Source: the human T2T-CHM13v2.0 reference genome, Homo sapiens
Direction: 5' to 3'
Length of the DNA: 64,000 nucleotides
Assembly (NCBI GenBank): GCA_009914755.4
Contig: CP068257.2
Coordinates: 7,744,001-7,808,000, forward strand
Shown here: piece by piece, positions 1 to 18,000 of the stretch
How the letters are laid out: every line of letters starts with the position of its first letter
Position numbering within the stretch: the first letter of the stretch is position 1
Notes under the pieces: generated by a model
What the model was told of the DNA's origin: nothing
The model's database searches: none
Seen by the model: the letters and a program-made list of their open reading frames with translations, nothing else
Made by a program: the position numbers and the translations under genes

Positions 1-3000
1 TTTCATATTTTATGTACAGTATATAATACAAATTTTGGGTACTTTGATATTTTATGTACAGTATATAATACATAATTTGGGTACTTTGATATTTTATGTA
101 CAGAATATAATATATACTTGATGTACCTTCATATTTTATGTACAGTATATAACATATACATTGGGTACTTTGATATTTTATGTACAGTATATAATATATA
201 TTTGGTGTAATGTGATATTTTATGTACAGAATAATATATATATTTGATGTACCTTCATATTTTATGTACAGTACATAATATATATTTTGGGTACTTTGAT
301 ATTTTATGTACAGAATATAATATACATTTTGGGTACTTTGATATTTTATGTACAGTATATACTATATAGTTTGAGTACTTTTTTATTTTATGTACAGTTT
401 ATTATAAATGTTTCGGTACTTTCATAATTTATGTACAGTATATTATACATATTTTGGGTACTTTGATATTTTATGTACAGCATATAATATATATTTGGGG
501 TATTTTATATTTTATGTACAGTATATAATATATACTTTGGGTACTTTGATATTTTATGTACAGTATATAATACATACTTTGGGTACTTTGATATTTTATG
601 TGCAGCATATACTATATATTTGATGTACCTTCATATTTGATGTACAGTATATAATATATATTTGGGCAACTTTAATATATTATGTACAGCATATAATATA
701 TATTTGGTGTACTTTGATATTTTATGTACAGAATATACTATATATTTGATGTACCTTCATATTTTATGTACAGTATATAATATATACTTTGGGTCCATTG
801 ATATTTTATGTACAGTATATAATACACAGTTTGGATACTTTGATATTTAATATACACTATATAATACATAGTTTGGGTACTTTATTTTATGTACAGTTTA
901 TTATAAATGTTTGGGTAGTTTCATAAATTATGTACAGTATATTATACATATTTTGGGTACTTTGATATTTTATGTAGAGTATATAATATATATTTGGTGT
1001 AATGTGATATGTTATGTACAGAATAATATATATATTTGATGTACCTTCATATTTTATGTACAGTATATAATATATACTTTGGGTACTTTGATATTTTATG
1101 TACAGTATATAATATATATTTGGGTACTTTGATATTTTATGTGCAGCATATAATATACAGTTTGGGTACTTTGATATTTTATGTACACTATATAATATAC
1201 AGTTTGGGTAGTTTATTTTATCTACAGTTTATTATAAATGTTTGGGTACTTTCATAATTTATGTACAGTATATTATATATATTTTGGGTACTTTGATATT
1301 TTATGTAGAGTATATAATACATACTTTGGGTACTTCAATATTTTATGTGCACCATATAATATGTATTTGGTGTACTTTCAGATTTTATGAACAGAATATA
1401 ATATATATTTGATGTATCTTCATATTATATGTACAGTATATAATATATATTTGTGCGACCTTAATATATTATGTACAGTATATAATATATATTTGGGTGA
1501 CTTTATTATATTATGTACAGTATATAATATATTTTGGTGTACTTTGATATTTTATGTACAGAATATAATATATATTTGATGTACCTTCATATTTTATGTA
1601 CAGTACATAATATATATTTCGGGTAATTTGATATTTTATGTACAGTATATAACATACAGTTTGGGTATTTTGATATTTTATGTGCTGTATAGAATATATA
1701 GTTTGAGTACGTTTTTATTTTATTTACAGTTTAGTATAAATGTTAGGGTACTTTCATAATTTATGTACAGTATATTATATATATTTTGGGTACTTTCATA
1801 TTTTATGTACAGTATATAATACATACTTTGGGTACTTTGATATTTTATGTGCAGCATATAATATATATTTGGTGTACGTTCAGATTTTATGTACAGAATA
1901 TAATATATATTTGATGTACCTTCATATTTCATGTACAGTATATAATATATATTTGGGTACTTTGATATTATATGTACTGTATATAATATACACTTTGGTA
2001 CTTTGATATTTTATGTACTGTATAGGATATATAGTTTGAGTACTTTGTTATTTTATGTACAGTTTATTATAAATGTTTGGGTACTTTCATAATTTATGTA
2101 CAGTATATTATACATATTTTGGTACTTTGATATTTTATGTACAGTATATAATACATTGTGTGAGTACTTTTATATTTTATGTACAGTATATGATATATAT
2201 TTGGTGGATTTTAATATATTATATACAGTATATAATATATATTTGGGTGACTTTAATATATTATGTAGAGTATATAATATATTTTGGTGTACTTTGATAT
2301 TTTATGTACAGAATGTAATATATATTTGATGTACCTTCATATGTTATGTATAGTACATAATATATATTTTCGGTACTTTGATATTTTATGTACAGTATAT
2401 AATATATATTTTGGGTAATTTGATATATTATGTACAGTATTTAATACACAGTTTGGGTACTTTGATATTTTATGTACAGTTTATTATAAATGTTTGGGTA
2501 CTTTCATAATTTATGTACAGTATATTATACATATTTTGGGTACTTTGATAATTTATGTACAATATACAATATTTATTTTGTGTACTTTGATATTTTATAT
2601 ACAGTATATAATATACAGTTTGTGTACTTTGATATGTTATGTACAGTATACAATATATAGTTTCTGTACTTTGATATTTCATGTACAGTTTATTATAAAT
2701 GTTTGCTTACTTTCATATTTTATGTATAGAATTTAATACAGATTTTTGGTACTTTGATATTTTATGTACAGTATACAATATATATTTTGGTTCTTTGATA
2801 TTTTATGTACAGTATATAATACATATTTCGAGTACTTTGTTATTTTATGTACAGTTTATTATAAATGTTTGGGTACTTTCATTATTTATGTACAGTATAT
2901 TATACATACTTTGGGTACTTTCATATTTTATGTACAATATACAATATATACTTTGGGTACTTTGATATTTTATGTGCAGCATATAATATATATTTGGTGT

Positions 3001-6000
3001 ACTTTGATATTTTATGTACAGAATATAATATATATTTGAAGTACCTTCATATTTAATGTACAGTATAAAATATATAAGTTTGGGTACTTTGATATTATAT
3101 GTACAGTATATAATATACAGTTTGGGTACTTTGATATTTTATGTGCTGCTAATAATATATATTTGATGTTCCTTCATATTTTATGTACAGTATATAATAA
3201 ATATTTTGGAGACTTATTATATTATGTACAGTATATAATATATTTTGGTGTACTTTGATATTTTATGTACAGAATATAATATATATTTGATTTACCTTCA
3301 TAGTTTATGTACAGTATAAAATATACACTTTGGGTACTTTGATTATTATATGTACAGTATATAATATACACTTTGGTACTTTCATATTTTGTGTACAATA
3401 TATAATATATAGTTTGAGTACTTTGTTATTTTATGTACTGTTTATTATAAATGTGTGGGTACTTTCTTAATTTATGTACAGTATATTATACACATTTTTG
3501 TAGTTTGATATTTTATGTACAGTATACAATATATATTTTTGGTACTTTGATATTTTATGTACAGTATATAATATACAGTTTGTGTACTTTGATATTTTAT
3601 GTACAGTATATAATATATAGTTTGAGTACTTTGTTATTTTATGTACAGTCTATTATAAATGTTTGGGTACATTCATAATTTATGTACAGTGTATTATACA
3701 CATTTTCGGTACTTTGATATTTTATGTACAGTGTACAATATATATGTTGGGTATATTGATATTTTATGTACAGTACATAATATACAGTTTACTTTGATAT
3801 TTTATATACAGTATATAATATATAGTTTGATTACTTTATTTTATGTACAGTTTATTAGAAATGTTTGGGTACTTTCATGATTTATGTACAGTATATTATA
3901 CATATTTTGGTTACTTTGATATTTTATGTACAGTATATAATATATATTTGGTGTACTTTGTTATTTTATGTACAGAATATAATATATATTTGATGTACCT
4001 TCATATTTTATGTACAGTACATAATATATACTTTGGGTACTTTGATATTTTATGTACAGTATATTATATATAGTTTGAGTACTTTGTTATTTTATGTACA
4101 GTTTATTATAAATGTTTGGGTACTTTCATAATTTATGTACAATATATTATATATATATTGAGTACTTTGTTATTTTATATACAGTTTATTATAAATGTTT
4201 GGGTACTTTCATAATTTATGTACAGTATATTATACATATTTTGGGTACTTTGATATTTTATATACAATATAAAATACATACTTTGGGTACTTTGTTATTT
4301 TCTGTGCAGCATATAATATATATTTGGTGTAATTTGATATTTTATGTACAGTATATAATACATACTTTGGGTACTTTGATATTTTATGTATGGTATATAA
4401 TACACAGGTTGTGTACTTTGATATTTTATGTACAGTATATAATATATAGATTGAGTACTTTTTCATTTTATGTACAGTATATTATAAATATTTGGGTACT
4501 TTCATATTTTATGTACAGTATATAATACATACTTAGGGTACTTTGATATTTTATGTACAGTATATAATACATACTTTGGGTACTTTCATATTTTATATAC
4601 AGTATATAATACATGCTTTGGGTACTTTGACATTTTATGTACAGTGTATAATACATACTTTGGGTACTTTCATATATTATGTACAGTATATAATATATAG
4701 TTTGGGTACTTTGATATTTTATATACAGTATATAATACTTTGGGTACTTTGATATTTTAAGAACCGTATATAATACATACTTTGTTTACTTTGATATTTT
4801 ATGTACAGTATACAATATATAGTTTAAGTACCTTGATATTTTATGTCCAGTATGAAACATATAGTTTTGGTACTTTGATATTTTATGTAAAGTATATAGT
4901 TTGAGTACTGTGATATTTTATCTACAGTTTATTATAAATGTGTGGGTACTTTCACATTTTATGTACAGTATATAATATATAGTTTGGGTACTTTGATATT
5001 TTAAGTACAGTATATAATACATACTTATTGTATTTTGGTATTTTATGTAAAGTATATAATACATACTTTGGGTACTTTGATATATTATGTACAGTATATA
5101 ATACATACTTTGGGTACTTTGATATATTATGTACAGTATATAATACATACTTTGGGTACTTTGATATTTTATGAACAGTACATAATACACACTTTGGGTA
5201 CTTTGATATTTTATATACAGTATATAGTTTGAGTACTTTGATATTTTATGTACAGTTTATTATAAACGTTTGGGTGCTTTCATATTTTATGTACAGTATA
5301 TAATACATACTTTGGGCCCTTTGATATTTTATGAACAGTATATAATACATACTTTGGGTACTTTGATATTTTATGTACAGTATATAATACATACTTTGGG
5401 TACTTTGATATTTTATGTACAGTATATAATATATAGTTTGTGTACTTCGATATTTTATATACAGTATATAATATATATTTTGTGTACTTGGTATTTTATG
5501 TACAGTATATAATATATAGTTTGGGTAGTTTGATATTTTTTGTACAGTATATAATATATAGTTTCGGTAGTTTGATATTTTATGTACAGTATGTAATATA
5601 CAGTTTGGGTAATTTAATATTTTATGTACAGTATACAATATATAGTTTGGGTACTTTGGTATTTTATGTACAGTATATAGTTTGAGTACTTTGATATTTT
5701 ATGTACAGTTTATTATAAATGTTTGGTACTTTCATACTTTATGTACAGTATATAATACATACTTTGGGTACTTTTATATTTTGTGTACAGTATATAATAC
5801 ATACCTTGGGTACTTTGATATTTTATGTACCGTATATAATACATACTTTGTGAATGTTGGTATTTTATGTACCGTATGTAATACATACTTTGGGTACTTT
5901 GATATTTTATGTACAGTGTATAATACATACTTTGGGTACTTTGATAATTTATCTACAGTATATAATACATACTTTAGGTACTTTGATATTTTATGTACAG

Positions 6001-9000
6001 TATATAATACACACTTTGGGTACTTTGATATTTTATCTATAGTATATAATACATACTTTGGGTACTTTGATAGTTTATGTACATTATACAATATATAATT
6101 TGACTACTTTGATATTTTATGTCCAGTATAGAATATATAGTTTTCGTAGTTTGATATTTTATGTACAGTATATAGTTTGAGTACATTGATATTTTATGTA
6201 CACTTTATTATAAATGTTTGGGTACTTTCATATTTTATGTACAGTATATAATACATACTTTGGGCACTTTGATATTTTATGTACAGTATAAAATACATAC
6301 TTTGGGTACTTTGATAATTTATATACAGTATATAATACATATTTTGGGTACTTTTATATTTTATGTACAGTACATAATGCATACTTGGGGTACTTTGAAA
6401 TTTTATGTACAGTATATAATGCATACTTTGGGTACTTTGATATTTTATGTACAGTATATAATACATACTTTGGGTACTTTGATATTTTATGTACAGTATA
6501 TAATATATAGTTTGGGTACTTTGATATTATATGGACAGTATATAATACACACTTTGGGTTCTTTGATATTTTATGTACAGTATACTATATATAGTTTGGG
6601 TACTTTGATATTTTATGTCCAGTATAAAATAAATAGTTTTGATACTTTCATATTTTATGTACAGTATATAGTTTGAGTTTTGTACTTTGATATTGAGTTT
6701 GAGTTTGAGTACTTTGATATTTTATGTACAGTTTATTATAAATGTTTGGGTGCTTTCATATTTTATGTACAGTATATAATACATACTTTGGGCACTTTGA
6801 TATTTTATGAAGAGTATATAATACATACTTTGGGTACTTTCATATTTTATGTACAGTATATAATACATACTTTGGGTACTTTGATATTTTATGTACAGTA
6901 TGTAATATATAGTTTGTGTACTTCGATATTTTATATACAGTATATAATGTATATTTTGTGTACTTGGTATTTTATGTACAGTTTATAATATATAGTTTCG
7001 GTAGTTTGATATTTTATGTACAGTACATAATATATAGTTTCGGTAGTTTGATATTTTATGTACAGTATGTAATATATAGTTTGGGTAATTTAATATTTTA
7101 TGTACAGTATACAATATATAGTTTGGGTACTTTGATATTTTATGTACAGTATATAATATATATTTTGGGTACTTTGATATTTTATGTGCAGCGTATAATA
7201 TACAGTTTGGGTACTTTGATATTTTATGTACAGTATATAATATACACTTTGGGTAGTTTGTTATTTTATGTACAGTTTATTATAAATGTTTGTGTACTTT
7301 CATAATTTATGTACAGTATAATATACACATTTTGGGTACTTTTATATTTTATGTACATTATATAATATATATTTGGAGTAATGTGATATTTTATGTACAG
7401 AATAATATATATATATTTGATATACCTTCATATTTTATGTACAGTATATAATATACACTTTGGGTACTTTGATATTTTATGTACAGTATATAATATATAC
7501 TTTGGGTACTTTGATATTTTATGTGCAGCATATAATATACAGTTTGGGTACTTTGATATTTTATGTACAATATACAATATACAGTTTGGGTAGTTTTTTT
7601 ATGTACAGTTTATTATAAATGTTTGGGTACTTTCATAATTTATGTACAGTATATTATACATATTTTGGGTACTTTGATATTTTATGTACAGTATATAATA
7701 CATACTTTGGGTACTTTGATATTTTATGTGCATCATATAATATATATTTGGTGTACTTTCATATTTTATGTACAGAATATAATATATTTTGATGTACTTT
7801 CATATTTTATATACAGTATGTAATATATATTTGGGCGACCTTAATATATTATGTACTGTATATAATATATATTTGCGTGACTTTAATATATTATGTACAG
7901 TATATATTTTGGTGTACTTTGATATTTTCTGTAGAGAATATAATATATATTTGATGTACCTTCATATTTTATGTACAGTACATAATATATATTTTGAGTA
8001 ATTTGATATTTTATGTACAGTATATAATATACAGTTTGGGTACTTTGATATTTTATGTACTGTATAGAATATATAGTTTGAGTACTTTGTTATTTTATGT
8101 ACAGTTTATTATAAATGTTTGGGTACTTTCATAATTTATGTACAGTATATTATACATATTTTGGGTACTTTGATATTTTATGTACAGTATATAATACATT
8201 CTTTGTGTAATTTGATATTTTATGTACAGTGTATAACATATATTTGGTGTACTTTGATATTTTATGTACACTATATAATACATACTTTGGGTACTTTGAT
8301 ATTTTATGTACATTATATAATATATATTTTGTGTACTTTGATATTTTATGTACAGTATATAATATATATTGGGAGGAATTTAATATATTATCTACAGTAT
8401 ATAATATGTTTTGTTGTACTTTGATATTTTATGTGCAGCATATAATATATATTTGGTGTACTTTCAGATTTTCTGTACAGAATATAATATATATTTGATG
8501 TAACTTCATATTTTATGTACACTATATAATATATATTTGGGTGACCTTATTATATTAAGTACAATATATAAAATATATTTGGGCGGCTTTAATATATTAT
8601 GTACAGTATATAATATGTTTTGGTGTACCTTGATATTTTATGTACAGGATATAATATATATTGGATGTACCTTCATATTTTATGTACAGTACATAATATA
8701 TATTTTGGGTACTTTGATATTTTATGTACAGTATATAATATACAGTTTGGGTACTTTGATATTTTATGTACTGTATAGAATATATAGTTTGAGTACTTTG
8801 TTATTTTATGTACAGTTTATTATAAATGTTTGGGTACTTTCATAATATATGGACCGTATATTATACATATTTTGGGTACTTTTATATTTTATGAACAGTA
8901 TATAATATATATTGGGAGTAATGTTATATTTTATGTATAGAATAATATATATATCTGATATACCTTCATATTTTATGTACAGTATATAATATACAGTTTG

Positions 9001-12000
9001 GGTACTTTGATATTTTATGTACAGTATATAATATTTACTTTGGGTACTTTGATATGTTATGTGCAGCATATAATATACAGTTTGTGTACTTTGATATTTT
9101 ATGTACAATATATAATATACAGTTTGGGTAGTTTGTTATTTTATATACAGTTTATTATAAATGTTTGGGTACTTTCATGATTTATGTACAGTATATTATA
9201 CATATTTTGGGTACTTTGATATTTTATGTACAGTATATAATACATACTTTGGGTACTTTGATATTTTATGTGCATCATATAATATATATTTGGTTTACTT
9301 TCAGATTTTATGTACAGAATATAATATATATTTGATGTACTTTCATATTTTATATACAGTATGTAATATATATTTGGGCGACCTTAATATATTATGTACA
9401 GTATATAACATATATTTGGGCGAGTTTAATATATTAGTTACAGTATATATTTTGGTGTACTTTGATATTTTAAGTACAGAATATAATATATATTTGATGT
9501 ACCTTCATATTTTATGTACAGTGCACAATATATATTTCGGGTACTTTGATATTTCATGTACAGTATATAATATACAATTTGGGTACTTTGATATTTTATG
9601 TACAGTATAGAATATATAGGTTGAGTACTTTGTTATTTTATGTACAGTTTATTATAAATGTTTGGGTACTTTCATAATTTATGTACAGTATATTATACAT
9701 ATTTTGGTTACTTTGATATTTTATGGACAGTATATAATATATATTTGGGGTAATGTGATATTTTATGTACAGAATAATATATATATTTGATGTACCTTCA
9801 TATTTTATGTACAGTATATAATATATACTTTGGGTACTTTGATAATTTATGTACAGTATATAATATATAGTTTGGGTACTTTTATATTTTATGTGCAGCA
9901 TATTATATACAGTTTGGGTACTCTGATATTTTATGTACAGTATATAATATACAGTTTTGGTAGTTTGTAGTTTTATGTACAGTTTATTATAAATGTTTGG
10001 GTACTTTCATAATTTATGTACAGTATATTATACATACTTTGCGTACTTTGATATTTTATATACTGTATATAATATATATATGTTATAATGTGATATTTTA
10101 TGTACAGAATAATATATATATTTGTTGTACCTTCATATTTTATGTACAGTATATAATATATAGTTTGGGTACTCTGATATTTTATGTACAGTATATAATA
10201 TATATTTGGTTTAATGTGATATTTTATGTACAGAATAATATATATATTGGATGTACCTTCATATTTTATGTACAGTATATAATAAATACTTTGGGTACTT
10301 TGATATTTTATGTACAGTATATAATATATACTTTGGGTACTTTGATATTTTATGTGCAGCATAAAATATACAGTTTGGGTACTTTGATATTTTATGTACA
10401 GTAAGTAATATACAGTTTGGGTAGTTTGTTATTTTATGTACAGGTTATTATAAATGTTTGGGTACTTTCATAATTTATGTACAGTATATTCTACATATTT
10501 TGGGTACTTTGATATTTTATGTACAGTATATAATACATACTTTGGGTACTTTGATATTTTATGTGCAGCATATAACATATATTTGGGGTACTTTCAGATT
10601 TTTTGTACAGAATATAATATATATTTGATATACCTTCATATTTTATGTACAGTGTATAATATATATTTGGGCGACCTTAATATATTATGTACAGTATATA
10701 ATATATTTTGGTGTACTTTGATATTTTATGTACAGAATATAATATATATTTGATGTACCTTCGTATTTTATGTACAGTACATAATATATATTTTGGGTAC
10801 TTTGATATTTTATGTACAGTATATAATATACAGTTTGGGTATTTTGATATTTTATGTAATGTATAGAACATATAGTTTGAGTACTTTGTTATTTTACGTA
10901 CACTTTATTATAAATGTATGGGTAATTTCATAATTTATGTACAGCATATGATACATATTTTGGGTACTTTGACATTTTATGTACAGTATATAATACATAC
11001 TTTGGGTAATTTGATATTTTTTGTACAGTATATAATATATATTTGGTGTAATTTGATATTTTATGCACAGTATATAATAGATACTTTGGGTACTTTGATA
11101 TTTTATGTACAGTATATAATATATATTTTGGGTACTTTGATATTTTATGTACAGTATATAAAAAATTCTTTGGGTAATTTGATATTTTATGTACAGTATA
11201 TAATATATATTTGGTGTAATTTGATATTTTATGTACAGTATATAATACATGCTTTGTGAAGTTTGATATTTTATGTACAGTAAATAATATATATTATGGG
11301 TACTTTGATATTTTATGTACAGTATATAATATGCAGTTTGGGTACTTTGATATTTTATGTACAGTGTATAATATATACTTTCAGTACTTTGTTATTTTAT
11401 GTACAGTTTATTATAAATGTTTGGGTACTTTTATAATTTATGAACAGTATATTATACATATTTAGGGTACTTTGATATTTTATGTACAGTATATAATGCA
11501 TACTTTGGTTACTTTGATATTTTATGTGCAGCATATAGTATATATTTGGAGTACTTTCAGATATTATGTACAGAATATAATATATATTTGATGTACCTTC
11601 ATATTTTATGTACAGTATATAATATATATTTGGGCGACCTTAATATGTTATGTACAGTATATAATATATATTTGGTGTACTTTAATATTTAATGTACAGA
11701 ATAAAATATATATTTGATGTACCTTCATATTTTATGTACAGTACATAATATATATATTGGGTACTTTGATATTTTATGTACAGTATATAATATACAGTTT
11801 GGGTACTTTTATATTTTATGTACTGTATAGAATATATAGTTTGAGTACTTTGTTATTTTATGTACAGTTTATTATAAATGTTTGGGTACTTTCATAATTT
11901 ATGTACAGTATATTATACATATTTTGGGTACTTTTATATTTTATGGACAGTATATAATATATATTTGTTGTAATGTGATATTTTATGTACAGAATGATAT

Positions 12001-15000
12001 ATATATACTTGATGTACCTTCATATTTTTGGTACAGTATATAATATATACTTTGGGTACTTTGATATTTTATGTACGGTATATAATATATCCTTTGGGTA
12101 ATTTGATATTTTATGTGCAGAATATAATAAACAGTTTGGATACTTTTATATTTTATGTACAGTATATAATATACAGTTTGGGTAGTTTGTTATTTTATGT
12201 ACAGTTTATTATAAATGTTTGGGTACTTTCATAAATTATATGCAGTATATTATACATATTTTGGGTACTTTGATATTTTATGTACAGTATATAATATACA
12301 GTTTGGGTACTTTGATATTTTATGTACTGTAGAGAATATATAGGTTGAGTACTTTGTTATTTTATGTATAGTTTATTATAAATGTTTGGGGAGTTTCATA
12401 ATTTATGTACAGTATATTATACATATTTTGGTTACTTTGATATTTTTTGTACAGTATATAAAACATACTTTGGGTAATTTAAAATTTTATGTACAGTATA
12501 TAATATATATTTGGTGTAAATTGATATTTTATGTACAGTATATAATACATACATTGCATACTTTTATATTTTATATAGAGTATATAATATATATTTTGGG
12601 TAGTTTGATATTTTATGTACAGTATATAATACAGAGTATGGGTACTTTGATATTTTATGTACAGTGTATAATATATAGTTTGAGTACTTTGTTATTTTAT
12701 GTACAGTTTATTATAAATTTCTGGGTACTTTCATAATTTATGTACAGTATATTATACATATTTAGGGTACTTTGATATTTTATGTACAGTATATAGTACA
12801 TACTTTGGGTATTTTGATATTTTATGTGCAGCATATAGTATATATTTGGTGTACTTTCAGATTTTATGTACAGAATATAATATATATTTGATGTACCTTC
12901 ATATTTTATGTACAGTATATAATATATACTTTGGGTACTTTGATATTTTATGTACCGTATATAATATACAGTTTGGGTACTTTGATATTTTATGTACAGT
13001 ATATAATATATAGTTTGAGTACTTTGTTATTTTATATACAGTTTATTATAAATGTTGGGGTACTTTCATAATTTATGTACAGTATATTATACATATTTTG
13101 GGTACTTTGTTATTTTATGTACAGTATATAATATATATTTGGTGTAATGTGATATTTTTTGTACAGTAAGTAATACATACTTTGGGTACTTTGATATTTT
13201 ATGTACAGTATATAATATATATTTTGTGTACTTTGATATTTTATGTACAGTATATAATATACAGTTTGGGTACTTTGATATTTTATGTACAGTATATAAT
13301 ATATAGTTTGAGTACCTTGTTTTTTTATGTACAGTTTATTATAAATGTTTGGGTACTTTCATAATTTATGTACAGTATATTATACATATTTTTGTACTTT
13401 GATATTTTATGTACAGTAGATAATATATATTTGGTTTAATGTGATATTTTATGTACAGAATACTATATATATTTGATTTACCTTCATATTTTAGGTACAG
13501 TATATAATATATACTTTGGGTACTTTGATATTTTATGTACAGTATATAATATATATTTTCGTACTTTGATATTTTATGTGCAGCATATAATATACAGTTT
13601 GGGTACTTTGATATTTTATGTACAGTATATAATATATAGTGTGAGTACTTTGTTATTTTATGTACAGTTTATTATAAATGTTTGGGTACTTTCATAATTT
13701 ATGTACAGTATATTATACATACTTTGGGTTCTTTGATATTTTATGTACTGTATATAATATATATTTCTTATAATGTGATATTTTATGTACAGAATAATAT
13801 ATATATTTGATGTACCTTCATATTTTATGTACAGTGTATAATATATATTTTGGGTACTCTGATATTTTATGTACAGTATATAATATATATTTGATGTACC
13901 TTCATATTTTATGTACAGAACTTATATATTTTGGATACTTTGATATTTTATGTACAGTATATAATATACAGTTTGGGTACTTTGATATTTTATTTACTGT
14001 AGAGAATATATAGTTTGAGTACTTTGTTATTTTATGTACAGTTTATTATAAATGTTTGGGTACTTTCATAATTTATGTACAGTATATTATACATATTTTG
14101 GGTACTTTGATATTTTATGTACAGTTTATAATACATACTTTGGGTAATTTAATATTTTATGTACAGTATGTAATATATATTTCGTGTAATTTGATATTTT
14201 ATGTACAGTATATAATACATACTTTGGGTACTTTTATATTTTATATACAGTATATAATATATATTTTGGGTAGTTTGATATTTTATGTACAGTATATAAT
14301 ACTCAGTTTGGGTACTTTGATATTTTATTTACAGTGTATAATATATAGTTTGAGTACTTTGTTATTTTATGTACAGTTTACTATAAATTTCTGGGTACTT
14401 TCATAATTTATGTACAGTATATTATACATATTTAGGGTACTTTGATAGTTTATGTACAGTATATAGTACATACTTTGGGTACTTTGATATTTTATGTGCA
14501 GCATAGAGTATATATTTGGAGTTCTTTCAGATTTTATGTACAGAATATAATATATATTTGATGTACCTTCATATTTTATGTACAGTATATAATATATACT
14601 TTGGGTACTTTGATATTTTATGTACAGTATATAATATACAGTTTGGGTACTTTGATATTTTATGTACTGTATAGAATATATAGTTTGCGTACTTTGTTAT
14701 TTTATGTACAGTTTATTATAAATATTTGGGTATTTTCGTAATTTATGTTCAGTATACTATGCATATTTTGGGTACTTTGATATTTTATGTACAGTATATA
14801 ATATATATTTGGTGTAATGTGATATTTTATGTACAGAATAATATATTTATTTGATGTACCTTCATATTTTATGTACAGTATGTAATATATACTTTGGGTA
14901 CTTTGATATTTTATGTACAGTATATAATATATACTTTGCGTACTTTGATATTTTATGTTCAGCGTATAATATACAGTTTGGGTACTTTGATATTTTATGT

Positions 15001-18000
15001 ACAGTATATAATATACAGTTTGGGTAGTTTGTTATTTTATGTACAGTTTATTATAAATGCTTGGGTACTTTCATAATTTATGTAGAGTATATTATAAATA
15101 TTTTGTGTACTTTGATATTTTATGTATAGTATATAATACATACTTTGGGTAATTTGATATTTTATGTACAGTATATAATATATATTCGGTGTAATTTGAT
15201 ATTTTATGTACAGTATATAATACATACTTTGGGTACTTTGATATTTTTTGTGCAGCATATAACATATATTTTGTGTACTTTCAGATTTTATTTACAGAAT
15301 ATAATATATATTTTATGTACCTTCATATTTTATGTACAGTATATAATATATATTTTGGTGACCTTAATATATTATGTATAGTATATAATATATATTTGGG
15401 TGACTTTAATATATTATGTACAGTATATAATATATTTTGGTGTACTTTGATATTTTATGTACAGAATATAATATATATTTGATGTACCTTCATATTTTAT
15501 GTACATTATATAATATACATTTGGGGGACCTTAATATATTATGTACAGTATATAATATATATTTGGGCGACTTTAATATATTATGTACAGTATATATTTT
15601 GGTGTACTTTGATATTTTATGTACAGTATATAATATATATTTGATGTACCTTCATATTTTATGTACAGTACATAATATATATTATGGGTACTTTGATATT
15701 TTATGTACAGTATATAATATACAGATTGGGAACTTTGATATTTTATGAACAGTATATGATATATAGTTTGAGTACTTTGTTATTTTATGTAGTTTATTTG
15801 AAATATTTGGGTACTTTCATAATTTAGGTACAGTATATTATACATATTTTGTGTACTTTGATATTGTATGTACAGTATATAATACATACTTTGGGTACTT
15901 AGATATTTTATGTGCAGCATATAACATATATTTGGTGTACTTTCATATTTTATGTACAGAATATAATATATATTTGATGTACCTTCATATTTTATGTACA
16001 GTATATAATATATATTTGGGCGAACTTAATATATTACGTACAGTATATAATATATATTTGGGTGACTTTAATATATTATGTAGAGTATATAATATATTTT
16101 GGTGTACTTTGATAATTTCTGTACAGAATATAATATATACTTGATGTACCTTCATATTTTATGTACAGTATATAATATATATTTCGGATAATTTGATATT
16201 TTATGAACAGTATATAATATAGAGTTTGGTTACTCTGATATTTTATGTACTGTATAGAATATATAGTTTGAGTACTTTGTTATTTTAGGTACAGTTTATT
16301 ATCAATGTTTGGGCACTTTCATAATTTATGTACAGTATATTATACATATTTTGGGTACTTTGATATTTTATGTACAGTATATAATACATACTTTGGGTAA
16401 TTTGATATTTTATGTACAGTATATAATATATATTTGGTGTAGTTTTATATTTTTTGTACAGGAAATAATATATACTTTTGGTACTTTGATATTTTAAGTG
16501 CAGCGTATAATATACAGTTTGGGTACTTTGATATTTTATGTACCGTATATAATATACCGTTAGGGTACTTTGATATTTTATGTACTGTATAGGATATATA
16601 GTTTGGTACTTTGTTATTTTATGTACACTTTATTATAAATGTTTGGGTACTTTCATAATTTATGTACAGTATATTATACATATTTTGGGTACTTTGATAT
16701 TTTATGCACAGTATATAATATATATTTGGTGTAATTTGATATTTTATGTACAGTATATAATAAATAATTTGGGTACTTTGATATTTTATGTACAGTATAA
16801 AATACATACTTTGGGTAATTTGATATTTTATGTACAGTATATAATATATATTTTTCCATACTTTGATATTTTATGTACAGTATATAATATACAGTTTGAG
16901 TACTTTGATATTTTATGTACAGTACATAATATATAGTTTGAGTACTTTGTTATTTTCTGTACAGTTTATTATAAATGTTTGGGTACTTTCATAATTTATA
17001 TACAGGATATTATATATATTTTGTGTACTTTGATATTTTATGTACAGTATATAATGTATATTTGGTGTAATGTGATATTTTATGTACAGAATAATATATA
17101 TATTTGATGTACCTTCCTATTTTATGTACAGTATATAATATATACGTTGGGTACTTTGATATTTTATGTACAGTATATTATATATACTTTGGGTACTTTG
17201 ATATTTTATGTGCAGCGTATAATATACAGTTTGGGTACTTTGATATTTTATGTACAGTGTATAATATACAGTTTGGGTAGTTTGTTATTTTATGTACAGT
17301 TTATTATAAATGTTTGGGTACTTTCATAATTTATGTACAGTATTTTATACATATTTTGGGTACTTTGATATTTTATGTACAGTATATAATACATACTTTG
17401 GGTAATTTGATATTTTATGTGCAGCATATAACATATATTTGGCGTACTTTCAGATTCTATGTACAGAATATAAAATATATTTGATGTAACTTCATATTTT
17501 ATGTACAGTATGTAATATATATTTGGGAGAACTTAATATATTATGTACAGTATATAATATGTATTTGGGTGACTTTAATATATTATGTACAGTATATAAT
17601 ATATTATGGTGTACTTTGATATTTTATGTACAGAATATAATATATATTTGATGTACCTTCATATTTTATGTACAGTACATAATATATGTTTTTGGTACTT
17701 TGATATTTTATGTACAGTATATAATATACAGTTTGGGTACTTTGATATTTTATATACAGTATATAATATATAGTTTGGGTACTTTATTTTATGTACAGTT
17801 TATTATAAATGTTTGTGTACTTTCATAATTTATGTACAGTATATTATACATATTTTGGGTACTTTGATATTTTATGTACAGTATATAATATATATTTGTT
17901 GTAATTTGATATTTTATGTACAGTATATAATACATACTTTGGGTACTTTGATATTTTATGTACAGTATAAAATACATACTTTGGGTAATTTGATATTTTA